DNA from: Bacteroidota bacterium
GTDB lineage: Bacteria; Bacteroidota; Bacteroidia; UKL13-3
Direction of reading: 5' to 3'
Length of the DNA stretch: 64,000 nt
Assembly: GCA_025359805.1 (NCBI GenBank)
Contig: JANYDU010000012.1
Span: 3,689-67,688, forward strand
The position numbers and the translations under genes are program-made. Shown here in pieces: positions 51,964 to 60,800 of the stretch. How positions within the stretch are numbered: the stretch's first letter is position 1; every line of letters starts with the position of its first letter. The notes under the pieces were generated by a model that was given only the letters and a program-made list of their open reading frames with translations, searched no databases and was not told the DNA's origin.

Positions 51964-52788
51964 TTAAGAAATATTTGTGATGGTTTTTAATAAGGCATCC
52001 ATATCCGGAATATGTTTGGTGAGTTCGTCTTCTTCATCGTCATCATGTTCTTCAATGTGTTGGTATAAACTCCATTTTCCTTCGTTGTATTCAAGAGATG
52101 TTAAGTTCTCAATCCAATCACCCGAATTCAAATAAAGTGTGGAGCCATTTTCATTTTTTACTTCACGTATTTGTGGTTGATGTATATGTCCGCATATCAC
52201 ATAATCGTATCCTTTTTCAATGGCTATATCTGTTGCAGTAGTTTCAAAATCATCAATAAATTTGATGGCCTGTTTTACTTTGTTTTTTATTTTTTTAGAG
52301 AAGGAAACTTTTCCCTTACCCATTAGTTTCATACACCAGTTTACAAAACTATTGATGAGAATGAGTGTATCATATCCGATGGCGCCAAGCTTCGCTAACC
52401 ACTTGCTATGCTTCATGGTTACATCAAATACATCACCATGAAAAATCCATGCACGCTTTCCATCAATCGATAAAACTAATTTGTTAATGATTTCTAATTT
52501 TCCCATTTTAAAATCCGTAAATCTCCTGAGCATTTCATCATGATTTCCGGTGAGGTAATAAACCTGAACATCTTCACTCAAAAATTTAAAAATACGTTGT
52601 ACCACTTTCATGTGTGATTGTGGCCAATAACGTTTTCTAAATTGCCAAATATCAATAATGTCGCCATTGAGAATAAGAATTTTTGGCTTAATAGACTTAA
52701 GGTATTTGTTGAGGGCTTTAGCGTTGCATCCATAGGTGCCTAAATGCACATCAGATATCACAACAATTTCAACATTTCTTTTGCCCAT
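51964..52788 (-). CDS. LpxH-like metallophosphoesterase, PlcP-type phospholipase C candidate
   Basis: SDVHLG, GDIID.W, GNHD, HGD.FD, CGHIH, NSGDW.E. Confidence 0.85.
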   Translation of the reverse strand: MGKRNVEIVVISDVHLGTYGCNAKALNKYLKSIKPKILILNGDIIDIWQFRKRYWPQSHMKVVQRIFKFLSEDVQVYYLTGNHDEMLRRFTDFKMGKLEIINKLVLSIDGKRAWIFHGDVFDVTMKHSKWLAKLGAIGYDTLILINSFVNWCMKLMGKGKVSFSKKIKNKVKQAIKFIDDFETTATDIAIEKGYDYVICGHIHQPQIREVKNENGSTLYLNSGDWIENLTSLEYNEGKWSLYQHIEEHDDDEEDELTKHIPDMDALLKTITNIS

Positions 52789-52821
52789 AATGGACTGTAT
52801 AACTTGGAATTATTTCCAATG

Positions 52822-52966
52822 CAAAGCTGATTTTACAGCATTAGCTAATTGATAATTAAGCATTAATTAAAGAGCAACCTTTTATCATTAAATAGTTAAC
52901 AGATTTTTAATTGATAATAAATTAACTTTAAGCTAACTGTGTATTGATGTGTTGGCAACAATTTTG
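52822..52966. promoter_or_regulatory. Divergent promoters with 11-bp-phased repeats (candidate pho boxes)
   Basis: Plus: TGAT 52912, TAAC 52923, TAAC 52934, then CAATTTTG 52959-52966. Minus: TAAC/TGAT/TGCT/TAAT/TATC starting 52898/52887/52876/52865/52854, then CAGCTTTG 52829-52822. Confidence 0.55.
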
Positions 52967-52970
52967 AATC

Positions 52971-54722
52971 ATGGAAATGCAAGAAGAAATTATTAGTAAA
53001 GATGATCTGATAGAAAGTATCAGTTTTAATAAAATAAAATCAAAGTTATTGGTGCATGCTTTAATGAAAATGTTGAAGCTTGATAAAGTAAATGGAATTT
53101 ATAAAGGCACCGGAAAAAATAAAGGTTTAGCTTTTGTTGATAGTCTGTTATCACAGCTAAATATTCAATATGAGTGCCCTGAAGAGGATTTAAAAAATAT
53201 TCCAAAAGATATTCCATTTATAGTTATCGCCAATCATCCTTATGGAGGAATTGATGGAATGATTTTAATGTCGATTATTTTAAAACAACGTCCCGATTTT
53301 AAAGTAATGGTAAATTATTTATTGCAACATTTTCCAGAACTCAAAGAACACACCGTAGCTGTCGATCCATTTGAAAAAGGATCACAAAGCAGCATGAATA
53401 TTACAGGTATAAAAAGAAGCTTAAACTTGTTAAAAAACGGAATTCCAATTGGGATTTTTCCTGCTGGAGAAGTATCTGCATTTCAGATAAAAAACATGAA
53501 AATTTCTGACAAAATGTGGCATCCCGTTGTAGGCAAAATGATAATGAAATCTGATGTAAAAGTATTGCCAGTATATTTTTCGGGACACAATAGTTTGATG
53601 TTTAATTTACTTGGCTTAATCAATCCAAATTTACGCACTGCAAAACTCCCTTCAGAACTTTTTAATAAACACGAAAAGATTAAAGTAAGAATTGGGAAAC
53701 CTATTTCAACCAGCACCATAAAAGAGTTTTCAGATAATGATCATTTGCTTAGATTTTTGCGTGCAAAAACGTATTCGTTAGGCTCGTCACTCGATGTAAA
53801 AAAACATTTTTTAAGCAAACGAAATATTCATAAAGAAGCGAAACCAATCATTGATGAAACCGAAAAAAAATTATTGATTGAAGATATTCAACATATAAAA
53901 GGTAAAGACCAATTATTATTTTCACATCAACAGTATCAAGTTTATATTTCGGGAGCAAGTGATATTCCAAATGTATTAAGAGAACTCTCTCGTTTACGCG
54001 AAATTACTTTTAGAGAAGCCGGTGAAGGAACAAACAACAGTTGCGATATAGATGAGTTTGATTTGCACTATAAGCACTTATTTATTTGGGATGATGCCAC
54101 ACAAAATATTGTTGGTGCTTATAGAATCGGAGAAGGTAAAAAATTGTTTTCTCGCTTCAAGAAAAAAGGATTTTATCTTAATGAATTATTCAAATTTGAT
54201 AAAGGATTTAATCCTATTTTTAAATCTTCACTCGAAATGGGGCGCTCATTTATTACTAAAGAATATCAACGTAAACCTTATAGTTTAATGCTATTGTGGA
54301 AAGGAGTAAACGAATTTATTAAACGCAATCCAAAGTATAAATATTTAATTGGACCAGTTAGCATAAGCAATACTTTTTCTAATTTATCAAAGGATATTTT
54401 GGTTGATTATATTTATAAGAATCATTTTGATGAAGAATTGGCGCAATATGTAAAGCCCCGAAAAAAGTATAATTATAAATACAAAGGTGAAGGTAAAAAA
54501 TTGATGGATACGCAAATTAAAGACATCAAATTTATTGATCAGATTATCTCTGATATTGAACCCAATCATGCAAAAATTCCTGTACTTATTAAAAAATATT
54601 TGACTCAAAATGCAAAGATTATTGCCTTTAATGTGGATCCACATTTTAACAATTCATTAGACGGACTTTTGGTAATGAAATTGGATAATATTCCATCAGA
54701 AACATTTGATTTAGTGAGTTAG
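52971..54722 (+). CDS. Bifunctional acyltransferase, OlsF-like ornithine-lipid synthase
   Basis: N-terminal PlsC-like NHPYGGID and FPAGEV; C-terminal GNAT LREITFR..GEG, D.FD..Y.HL, VGAYR, LEMGRSF. Confidence 0.85.
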   Translation: MEMQEEIISKDDLIESISFNKIKSKLLVHALMKMLKLDKVNGIYKGTGKNKGLAFVDSLLSQLNIQYECPEEDLKNIPKDIPFIVIANHPYGGIDGMILMSIILKQRPDFKVMVNYLLQHFPELKEHTVAVDPFEKGSQSSMNITGIKRSLNLLKNGIPIGIFPAGEVSAFQIKNMKISDKMWHPVVGKMIMKSDVKVLPVYFSGHNSLMFNLLGLINPNLRTAKLPSELFNKHEKIKVRIGKPISTSTIKEFSDNDHLLRFLRAKTYSLGSSLDVKKHFLSKRNIHKEAKPIIDETEKKLLIEDIQHIKGKDQLLFSHQQYQVYISGASDIPNVLRELSRLREITFREAGEGTNNSCDIDEFDLHYKHLFIWDDATQNIVGAYRIGEGKKLFSRFKKKGFYLNELFKFDKGFNPIFKSSLEMGRSFITKEYQRKPYSLMLLWKGVNEFIKRNPKYKYLIGPVSISNTFSNLSKDILVDYIYKNHFDEELAQYVKPRKKYNYKYKGEGKKLMDTQIKDIKFIDQIISDIEPNHAKIPVLIKKYLTQNAKIIAFNVDPHFNNSLDGLLVMKLDNIPSETFDLVS

Positions 54723-54735
54723 ATGTAAACATAAT

Positions 54736-54823
54736 TAACGTTTACATAACATTAATATGATATTGAATTAACCCAATAGTAACTTTTGGGTAACTGCTCG
54801 TATGGGCTCATGGAATAGCTTTG
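54736..54823 (+). promoter_or_regulatory. Promoter with six 11-bp-phased direct repeats (OmpR/PhoB-type operator)
   Basis: TAAC at 54736, 54747, 54769, 54780, 54791 and TGAT at 54758; -7 TAGCTTTG at 54816-54823. Confidence 0.75.
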
Positions 54824-54842
54824 CCGAAACATTTTTTAATAC

Positions 54843-57752
54843 ATGAAATCGTTTCTACAAAACTTATTATCAGTTGTTTTTATTTTAGTTGTTATATCCG
54901 TATCAGCTCAAACAACGGGGCGTATTGCAGGGAAAATACTCGACAAAAAAACTGGTGAAGAATTAATTGGAGTAACTGTGTTGCTTGAAGGAACAGCACT
55001 TGGAGCTGTTACTGATTTTGAAGGTAAATACAATATAGTAGGTGTAAAACCAGGAACATACAATTTGGTTGTGAGTTATGTTTCATACAACAAAAAAATT
55101 ATTAGTGGTGTTGAGGTAAAAGCTAAAGAAACAACGAGCCTTAATATCTCAATGGAAGAATCGAGCAAGCAATTAACGGAAGTTGTTGTGCAAGCAGAAT
55201 TTAAAAAAGAATCGGCTAACGCATTATTAGTTCAACAAAAAAATGCTACTTCGGTTTCGAGTGGTGTATCGTCTGATTTAATTAAAAAAACTCCTGATAG
55301 AACTACTGCTGATGTGATGAAAAGAATTAGCGGTGCATCTATTCAAGACAATAAATTTGCTGTGATTAGGGGTTTGAACGATCGCTATAATATGGCATTT
55401 TTAAATGGTGCCCCACTTCCAAGCACTGAAAGCGATCGCAAAGCTTTTTCATTAGATATTATTCCAGCAAGTGTTATTGATAATATGCAAATTGTTAAAG
55501 GAGCATCACCAGATTTACCTGGAGATTTTGCCGGGGGAATTATTCAAATCAATACAAAAGATATTCCCGAAGAAAATAGTCTTTCTGTAAATTTTGGGGG
55601 CCAATACCATTCTCTAACTACATTTCAAGGCGGAATAAGAGGAACAACAAGTGGCACTGATTGGCTTGGATATGATGGAGGAACAAGACAATTACCATCT
55701 GGATTGATGAGCACCGACCAGAGTAAATTAGCGAGTATAACCCCTGCTGATTTTGACGCTAAAGCATCACAAACAAAAACATTTAATAACAACTATCAAT
55801 ATAATACGGTTAACTCGTATAGACCAAACATAAGCTTTCAATTATCTGCTTCAAGAAGAACGAAACTTTTTAAAAACGATTTAGGTGTAATATTAGCTCT
55901 TAGCTATAATAATAAGTTTACTTACATGCCTTTCACAACAAGCAATCCAGTGGTTTTGGGCTTACAATCTGTAAACATAGAAACGACTGATGGGTCTAAT
56001 TATAACTATGATAATTATAAAAACACTGTTTCATCTGGTGGGGTAGTCAACTTTGCATATAAAATAGGCAAGAACAGTAAATTTACTTTCAAGAATTTAT
56101 TAACCCTAAACTCAGAAGACCAAACTATTCATCAAAAAGGAAGTTTAATAGAGAATATAAATGATCCTACAAACTCGACTACATACAAGTATGATAATTA
56201 TGCTTATTACTATCAATCAAGTCGATTGTATTCATCACAATTATCAGGAGAACACTTATTAACCAAACAAAAAATTAAGTTTAAATATACTGGTAGTTTA
56301 AATAATATTCATAGAGAAGTACCTGATTTTAGAAGAATCCTTTATCTAAGCAAGAAAACACCTGGCGACCCAGATTTTAGTCCTTATGCAGTATCTTCCG
56401 CATCTGATGCAAATTCATATAGCCCTCAAGCTAGTGGCAGGTATTTCTCTAGCTTGGATGAAAAAATGTATTCTATTAGCTATGATTTAACAATTCCTGT
56501 TAATCTATCTAAACAATTTTCAAAATTTGAATTTAAACTAGGAGGTATGAATATATGGAGAGATAGAACTTTTCAAGGTAGAAACTTTATGTACACAACT
56601 AGTACTAATTTTTATGATGATGGTAAAACCACACCTATATCAAGATTAGGTTTAGCTGATGTTTTTGCAAATCAAAATATTGATAAGTCAACTTTTATTT
56701 TGAATGAAACTACACAAGGAACAGATTCATATAATGCTACTTCAAGACTAAATGCCGGATATGGAATGCTTGATTTAAAAGTAAAAAGATTACATATTAT
56801 TGGCGGTGGCCGCGTGGAGCAATTTAGTCAATCTTTAAGTTGGATTGGACAACAAGGAACGACAAAGAAAATAGATACTACTTATGTTGATTTTCTTCCT
56901 TCAGTAAACTTGATTTATGAATTAACAGAAAAAATAAATATTAGAGCTAGTGCATCTAAAACATTATCTCGTCCAGAGTTTAGAGAGTTTGCTCCAATGG
57001 CTTTTTATGAAATTAATTATAACGCTATTATCAAAGGTAAATCAAGTTTAGTAAAAACTCAGGTATATAATTATGATATGAAATTTGAATATTTTCCAAC
57101 CTCCGGACAACTATTCTCAATTAACCCTTTTTATAAAAAATTTATTAATCCGGTAGAAGCAACAAATGAAGGAGGAACTGCTGGTATTCTAAACCTATCT
57201 TATATAAATGCTATTCAAGCCATTAATTATGGTGTTGAGTTTGAGGCAAGAGTTAATTTGTCAAGCATTTTTAAATCTACATCAAGTAATATCATTAAAA
57301 ACTTTACTGTGTTTGCCAACTATTCATACATTTTTTCAAATGTTACTTTAAACGATACCAGTACAAGTACAGCAAAGGATAAAGTGGATAGTCGCCCATT
57401 ACAAGGTCAATCTCCTTATGTTTTTAATATGGGAGTTTTATATTCTGATGTCAAAAATAAATTTGATGTGAGTTTAACAGCTAATAAAATTGGAAGAAGA
57501 ATAGCTTATGTTGCTCAACAAACGGAGTATTTAATTTGGGAGAATCCAAGAACTGTAATTGATATGAGTGTTTCAAAAACTTTCTTCAATAAACTACAAG
57601 CAAAAATTACATTAGGAGATATTCTTGCTCAGCCTCTTGTATATTATCAAGATTTAAATGGGAATGGAAAATTCGATGAGGGTTCTGATGTAACTACATT
57701 TAAATACAAATATGGATACACCATTCAATTAGCAATTGGTTATACCTTCTAA
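54843..57752 (+). CDS. TonB-dependent receptor with N-terminal carboxypeptidase-regulatory-like domain
   Basis: Signal peptide; TGEELIGV..TDFEGKY; plug IRGL.DRY...LNG, K..SPDLPGDFAGG; SRP.FRE, R.LQGQS; terminal YTF. Confidence 0.93.
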   Translation: MKSFLQNLLSVVFILVVISVSAQTTGRIAGKILDKKTGEELIGVTVLLEGTALGAVTDFEGKYNIVGVKPGTYNLVVSYVSYNKKIISGVEVKAKETTSLNISMEESSKQLTEVVVQAEFKKESANALLVQQKNATSVSSGVSSDLIKKTPDRTTADVMKRISGASIQDNKFAVIRGLNDRYNMAFLNGAPLPSTESDRKAFSLDIIPASVIDNMQIVKGASPDLPGDFAGGIIQINTKDIPEENSLSVNFGGQYHSLTTFQGGIRGTTSGTDWLGYDGGTRQLPSGLMSTDQSKLASITPADFDAKASQTKTFNNNYQYNTVNSYRPNISFQLSASRRTKLFKNDLGVILALSYNNKFTYMPFTTSNPVVLGLQSVNIETTDGSNYNYDNYKNTVSSGGVVNFAYKIGKNSKFTFKNLLTLNSEDQTIHQKGSLIENINDPTNSTTYKYDNYAYYYQSSRLYSSQLSGEHLLTKQKIKFKYTGSLNNIHREVPDFRRILYLSKKTPGDPDFSPYAVSSASDANSYSPQASGRYFSSLDEKMYSISYDLTIPVNLSKQFSKFEFKLGGMNIWRDRTFQGRNFMYTTSTNFYDDGKTTPISRLGLADVFANQNIDKSTFILNETTQGTDSYNATSRLNAGYGMLDLKVKRLHIIGGGRVEQFSQSLSWIGQQGTTKKIDTTYVDFLPSVNLIYELTEKINIRASASKTLSRPEFREFAPMAFYEINYNAIIKGKSSLVKTQVYNYDMKFEYFPTSGQLFSINPFYKKFINPVEATNEGGTAGILNLSYINAIQAINYGVEFEARVNLSSIFKSTSSNIIKNFTVFANYSYIFSNVTLNDTSTSTAKDKVDSRPLQGQSPYVFNMGVLYSDVKNKFDVSLTANKIGRRIAYVAQQTEYLIWENPRTVIDMSVSKTFFNKLQAKITLGDILAQPLVYYQDLNGNGKFDEGSDVTTFKYKYGYTIQLAIGYTF

Positions 57753-57769
57753 AAAAAATTGACCTGGTT

Positions 57770-57846
57770 TAACAATTACATCATACGTCAATAACATAAA
57801 AATAACATCCTGTTAACGTTTGCTTCAATGCCCTGCGATAATCTTG
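57770..57846 (+). promoter_or_regulatory. Internal promoter with five 11-bp-phased direct repeats
   Basis: TAAC at 57770, 57792, 57803, 57814 and TCAT at 57781; -7-like TAATCTTG at 57839-57846. Confidence 0.72.
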
Positions 57847-57878
57847 CACACAACTAATTTCAAAATTTACAAACCAAT

Positions 57879-60800
57879 ATGAAAATCAAATCTACATTCT
57901 TAATTGCTGCATTAACATTGAGCTTGACAACGTTCGCTCAATTTTTTGACAGCGTGCCTTATCGTGGCGCTTTCGGTATAAAGGGAGGAACCAGAGGTAC
58001 AGTAACAGGTTTTACAGGATACAACCCTGATCCAAGTAATAATGATGCTGATTGGACTAAACCTTGGGCCGAATTTGCACCAAATACAGTTGCTTATCCT
58101 GGGGATGCAGGTTACAATCAAACAAATGCACAATTTTATACTAAAGGATCAGCTGCAGAAAAAGTTACCTTATCCTCAGACATTTCAAGTGATTTAACAT
58201 TAACCAATGATAAATGGTATGAAATTTCAGGATTAATACACGTTTTAAACGGTGTAACATTAACCATTCAACCTGGAACATGTATTAGAGGAAGCTTAAC
58301 AAATCTTGGAGGTTTAATTATATCTCAAGGTGGAAAAATTATGGCTATTTCTGATAGAAATCATCCAATTGTAATGACTTCTCAAAAGCCAGTTGGTTCA
58401 CGTGTACGTGGAGATTGGGCTGGTTTATTAATTTTAGGAAGATCAATTAACAACAATCCTGGCGGGCAAAGAATATTTGAAGCATTACCAGCTGACCCAT
58501 TAGCATTATATGGTGGTGGAGCAAATCCAAATGAAGCTGATAACTCAGGTAGCATTCGTTATATGAGAGTTGAATATGCAGGATACAATTATCTTCCAGA
58601 TCAAGAAATTAATGGAGTAACTTTCGGAGCTTGTGGTTCTGGGTCTCATTTTGATTATATGCAATCAAGTTTTGCTAATGATGATGCATTCGAATGGTTT
58701 GGAGGAACATGTAGTCATAAATATTTAATTTCTTATGCGGAAACTGATGATGAATTCGATATTGATGAAGGTTACCATGGTAATTTACAATTTCTATTAG
58801 GTGTTAGAAGTGCCGGTGTTACTGAAACTTCTCCTGCTGGAGCTTGTAATGGATTAGAACATGATAATAATACTAACTTAGGGACTTCATCAGCTGTAAA
58901 TCCTAATATTACTGCTCCACTACCTACAACCGCTCCTACTATTTCTAATATGACATTAGTAGGACCTCAACATCCTGGAGCAAATAAAACTTCATTAAGC
59001 ACTTTATGGCAACAACGTATTGGTGAGCAATACCGTATCAGAACAAACGCAGCAACAGGAGTTTTCAATTCTATTGCTTATGGTTATGCAACATCTATCT
59101 TTCTACCTAATGTGGCTAACCTCTCTCCATCTGTTCAAACAAGAGCTTCTGATGACGAATTGTGTATTAGAAACAATACCATTATTAATACTCTTTCTGG
59201 TCCAGATATAAGATTTAATAGTTCTAATTATCCTACAACCTCTTCAGTACCAGGATGGCCTGCAGGTACAACACCTTGGACTGGCTTGGGTGATATGAGA
59301 AATTGGATTATTAACGGTCCTGTTGTTTCAGTTTATAATTTTACAGGAGCAACTAATAATGATACAACAAGAACAACTATAACAACTGCAGATATTACAC
59401 AACCTGATTATAATGGTGTAAGTAATGGAGCATTAAGTCAATTAGATTATACTGTTTGTGATTGGACATTAACCTCAACAAGCACACTAAGAAATACAGC
59501 TAACTTTCAACACCCAAGAATAGCTTTAGTTGCTCAACCATCAATTGCTGCGAATCCAACAGTTTTACCAAGTTTTACACAAATAATAGGAACACCTTCA
59601 ACATCAAAATATGTTGTGATTAAATCTTCATCTCTTTCTGGTGGTGTATTAATAACAGCTCCTACTGGATTTGAAGTTTCAGCAAACGGAACTTCTGGAT
59701 GGGGTGCAAGTTTTACAAAAGGTACAACTGCAGCAGATACTTTAGCTTATATTCGTTTAAACAGAAATTCTGCAGGAACAACTACTGGATTCTTAATGAT
59801 AACTTCAACTAAAACACCCGTTGAGTTTAATCCAATAAATATATCTATTAACGGAACATGTGTTTCTCCTGCAACACCTTATATTAATGTTTCTACATCT
59901 TCATTAAACTTCACTTCACCTTCTGTAATGAGTTTAAATGTAAGTGGAAAAAATTTAACTACAAATATTGTTATTACTGCTCCTGCAAACTTCCAAGTTT
60001 CAAACAACAGCACTTCTGGTTTTGCTGCTAGTTTAAATTTAACTCCTTCTTCAGGAACAGTTACTAATACAATAGTTTATGTTAAATACATCAGTACTGG
60101 AAATACAGATGCAGGAACTTTAACTGTTGCATCTACTGGTTCAGATATTTTCAATGTTGCTTTAACAGGAAGTTCGGCTCCAAATATAAATGTATTGCCA
60201 GGACTTGTTCAAGCAGCAGGTGGTACACAAATTCAATATCCATACATTAATACTATTGCAGGAACACCTTCGGTTGCTTATCCAATTTATGTATCTGCAA
60301 GTCAATTAACAGATACAGTAAAAGTTGGTTTGATTCAATCAACTAGTGCTGCTTTATCTAATTACCAATTATCATTAGACTCTGCTTTTACAAGCCCAGC
60401 GCAAACACTTAATTTAAATATTGCTCGTGCCGCTATACTTAACACAACAATTTATGTTAGATACAATGCAGCAGCAGTTACTACAAATGCTGGTTTTGTA
60501 ACGTTTACATCTACAGGAGCTCCTTTAACTTATCAAACTGGTTCATCTGTTATCACAGGCCCAGTTTCACAAATAGTATCACTTTCTGCAAGAGCTTCTG
60601 CATTAGGAGGTAAAATTGTATCAATATATGCACCATCATACCAACTTAAATATTCTGCTGTATTAGGAACTGCTACTGCACCTCAAAGTATATGGGTAAG
60701 TGGTCAAAATTTAGGTACAGACTCTGTTGTAGTAACTGCTCCTGCAAATTGGGAAGTTTCCACAAGTGCAACAGGAACTTATTCTTCTGTATTGTATTTC

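Noticed and set aside
51964..52788. Canonical lipid A enzyme LpxH
   Set aside because: Not excluded, but the motif pattern, the coupled glycosyltransferase and the operator array fit a PlcP-type role better; no gene symbol assigned.
54736..57817. Phased TAAC arrays as a CRISPR-like or guide array
   Set aside because: Units are 4-nt cores with an 11-bp period placed at promoters; no long repeats, spacers or cas genes.
804..59211. Many 60-143 aa ORFs nested in or antisense to long genes (e.g. 47227-47658, 38099-38458, 5200-5520)
   Set aside because: They overlap confidently identified genes and show no recognisable motifs.
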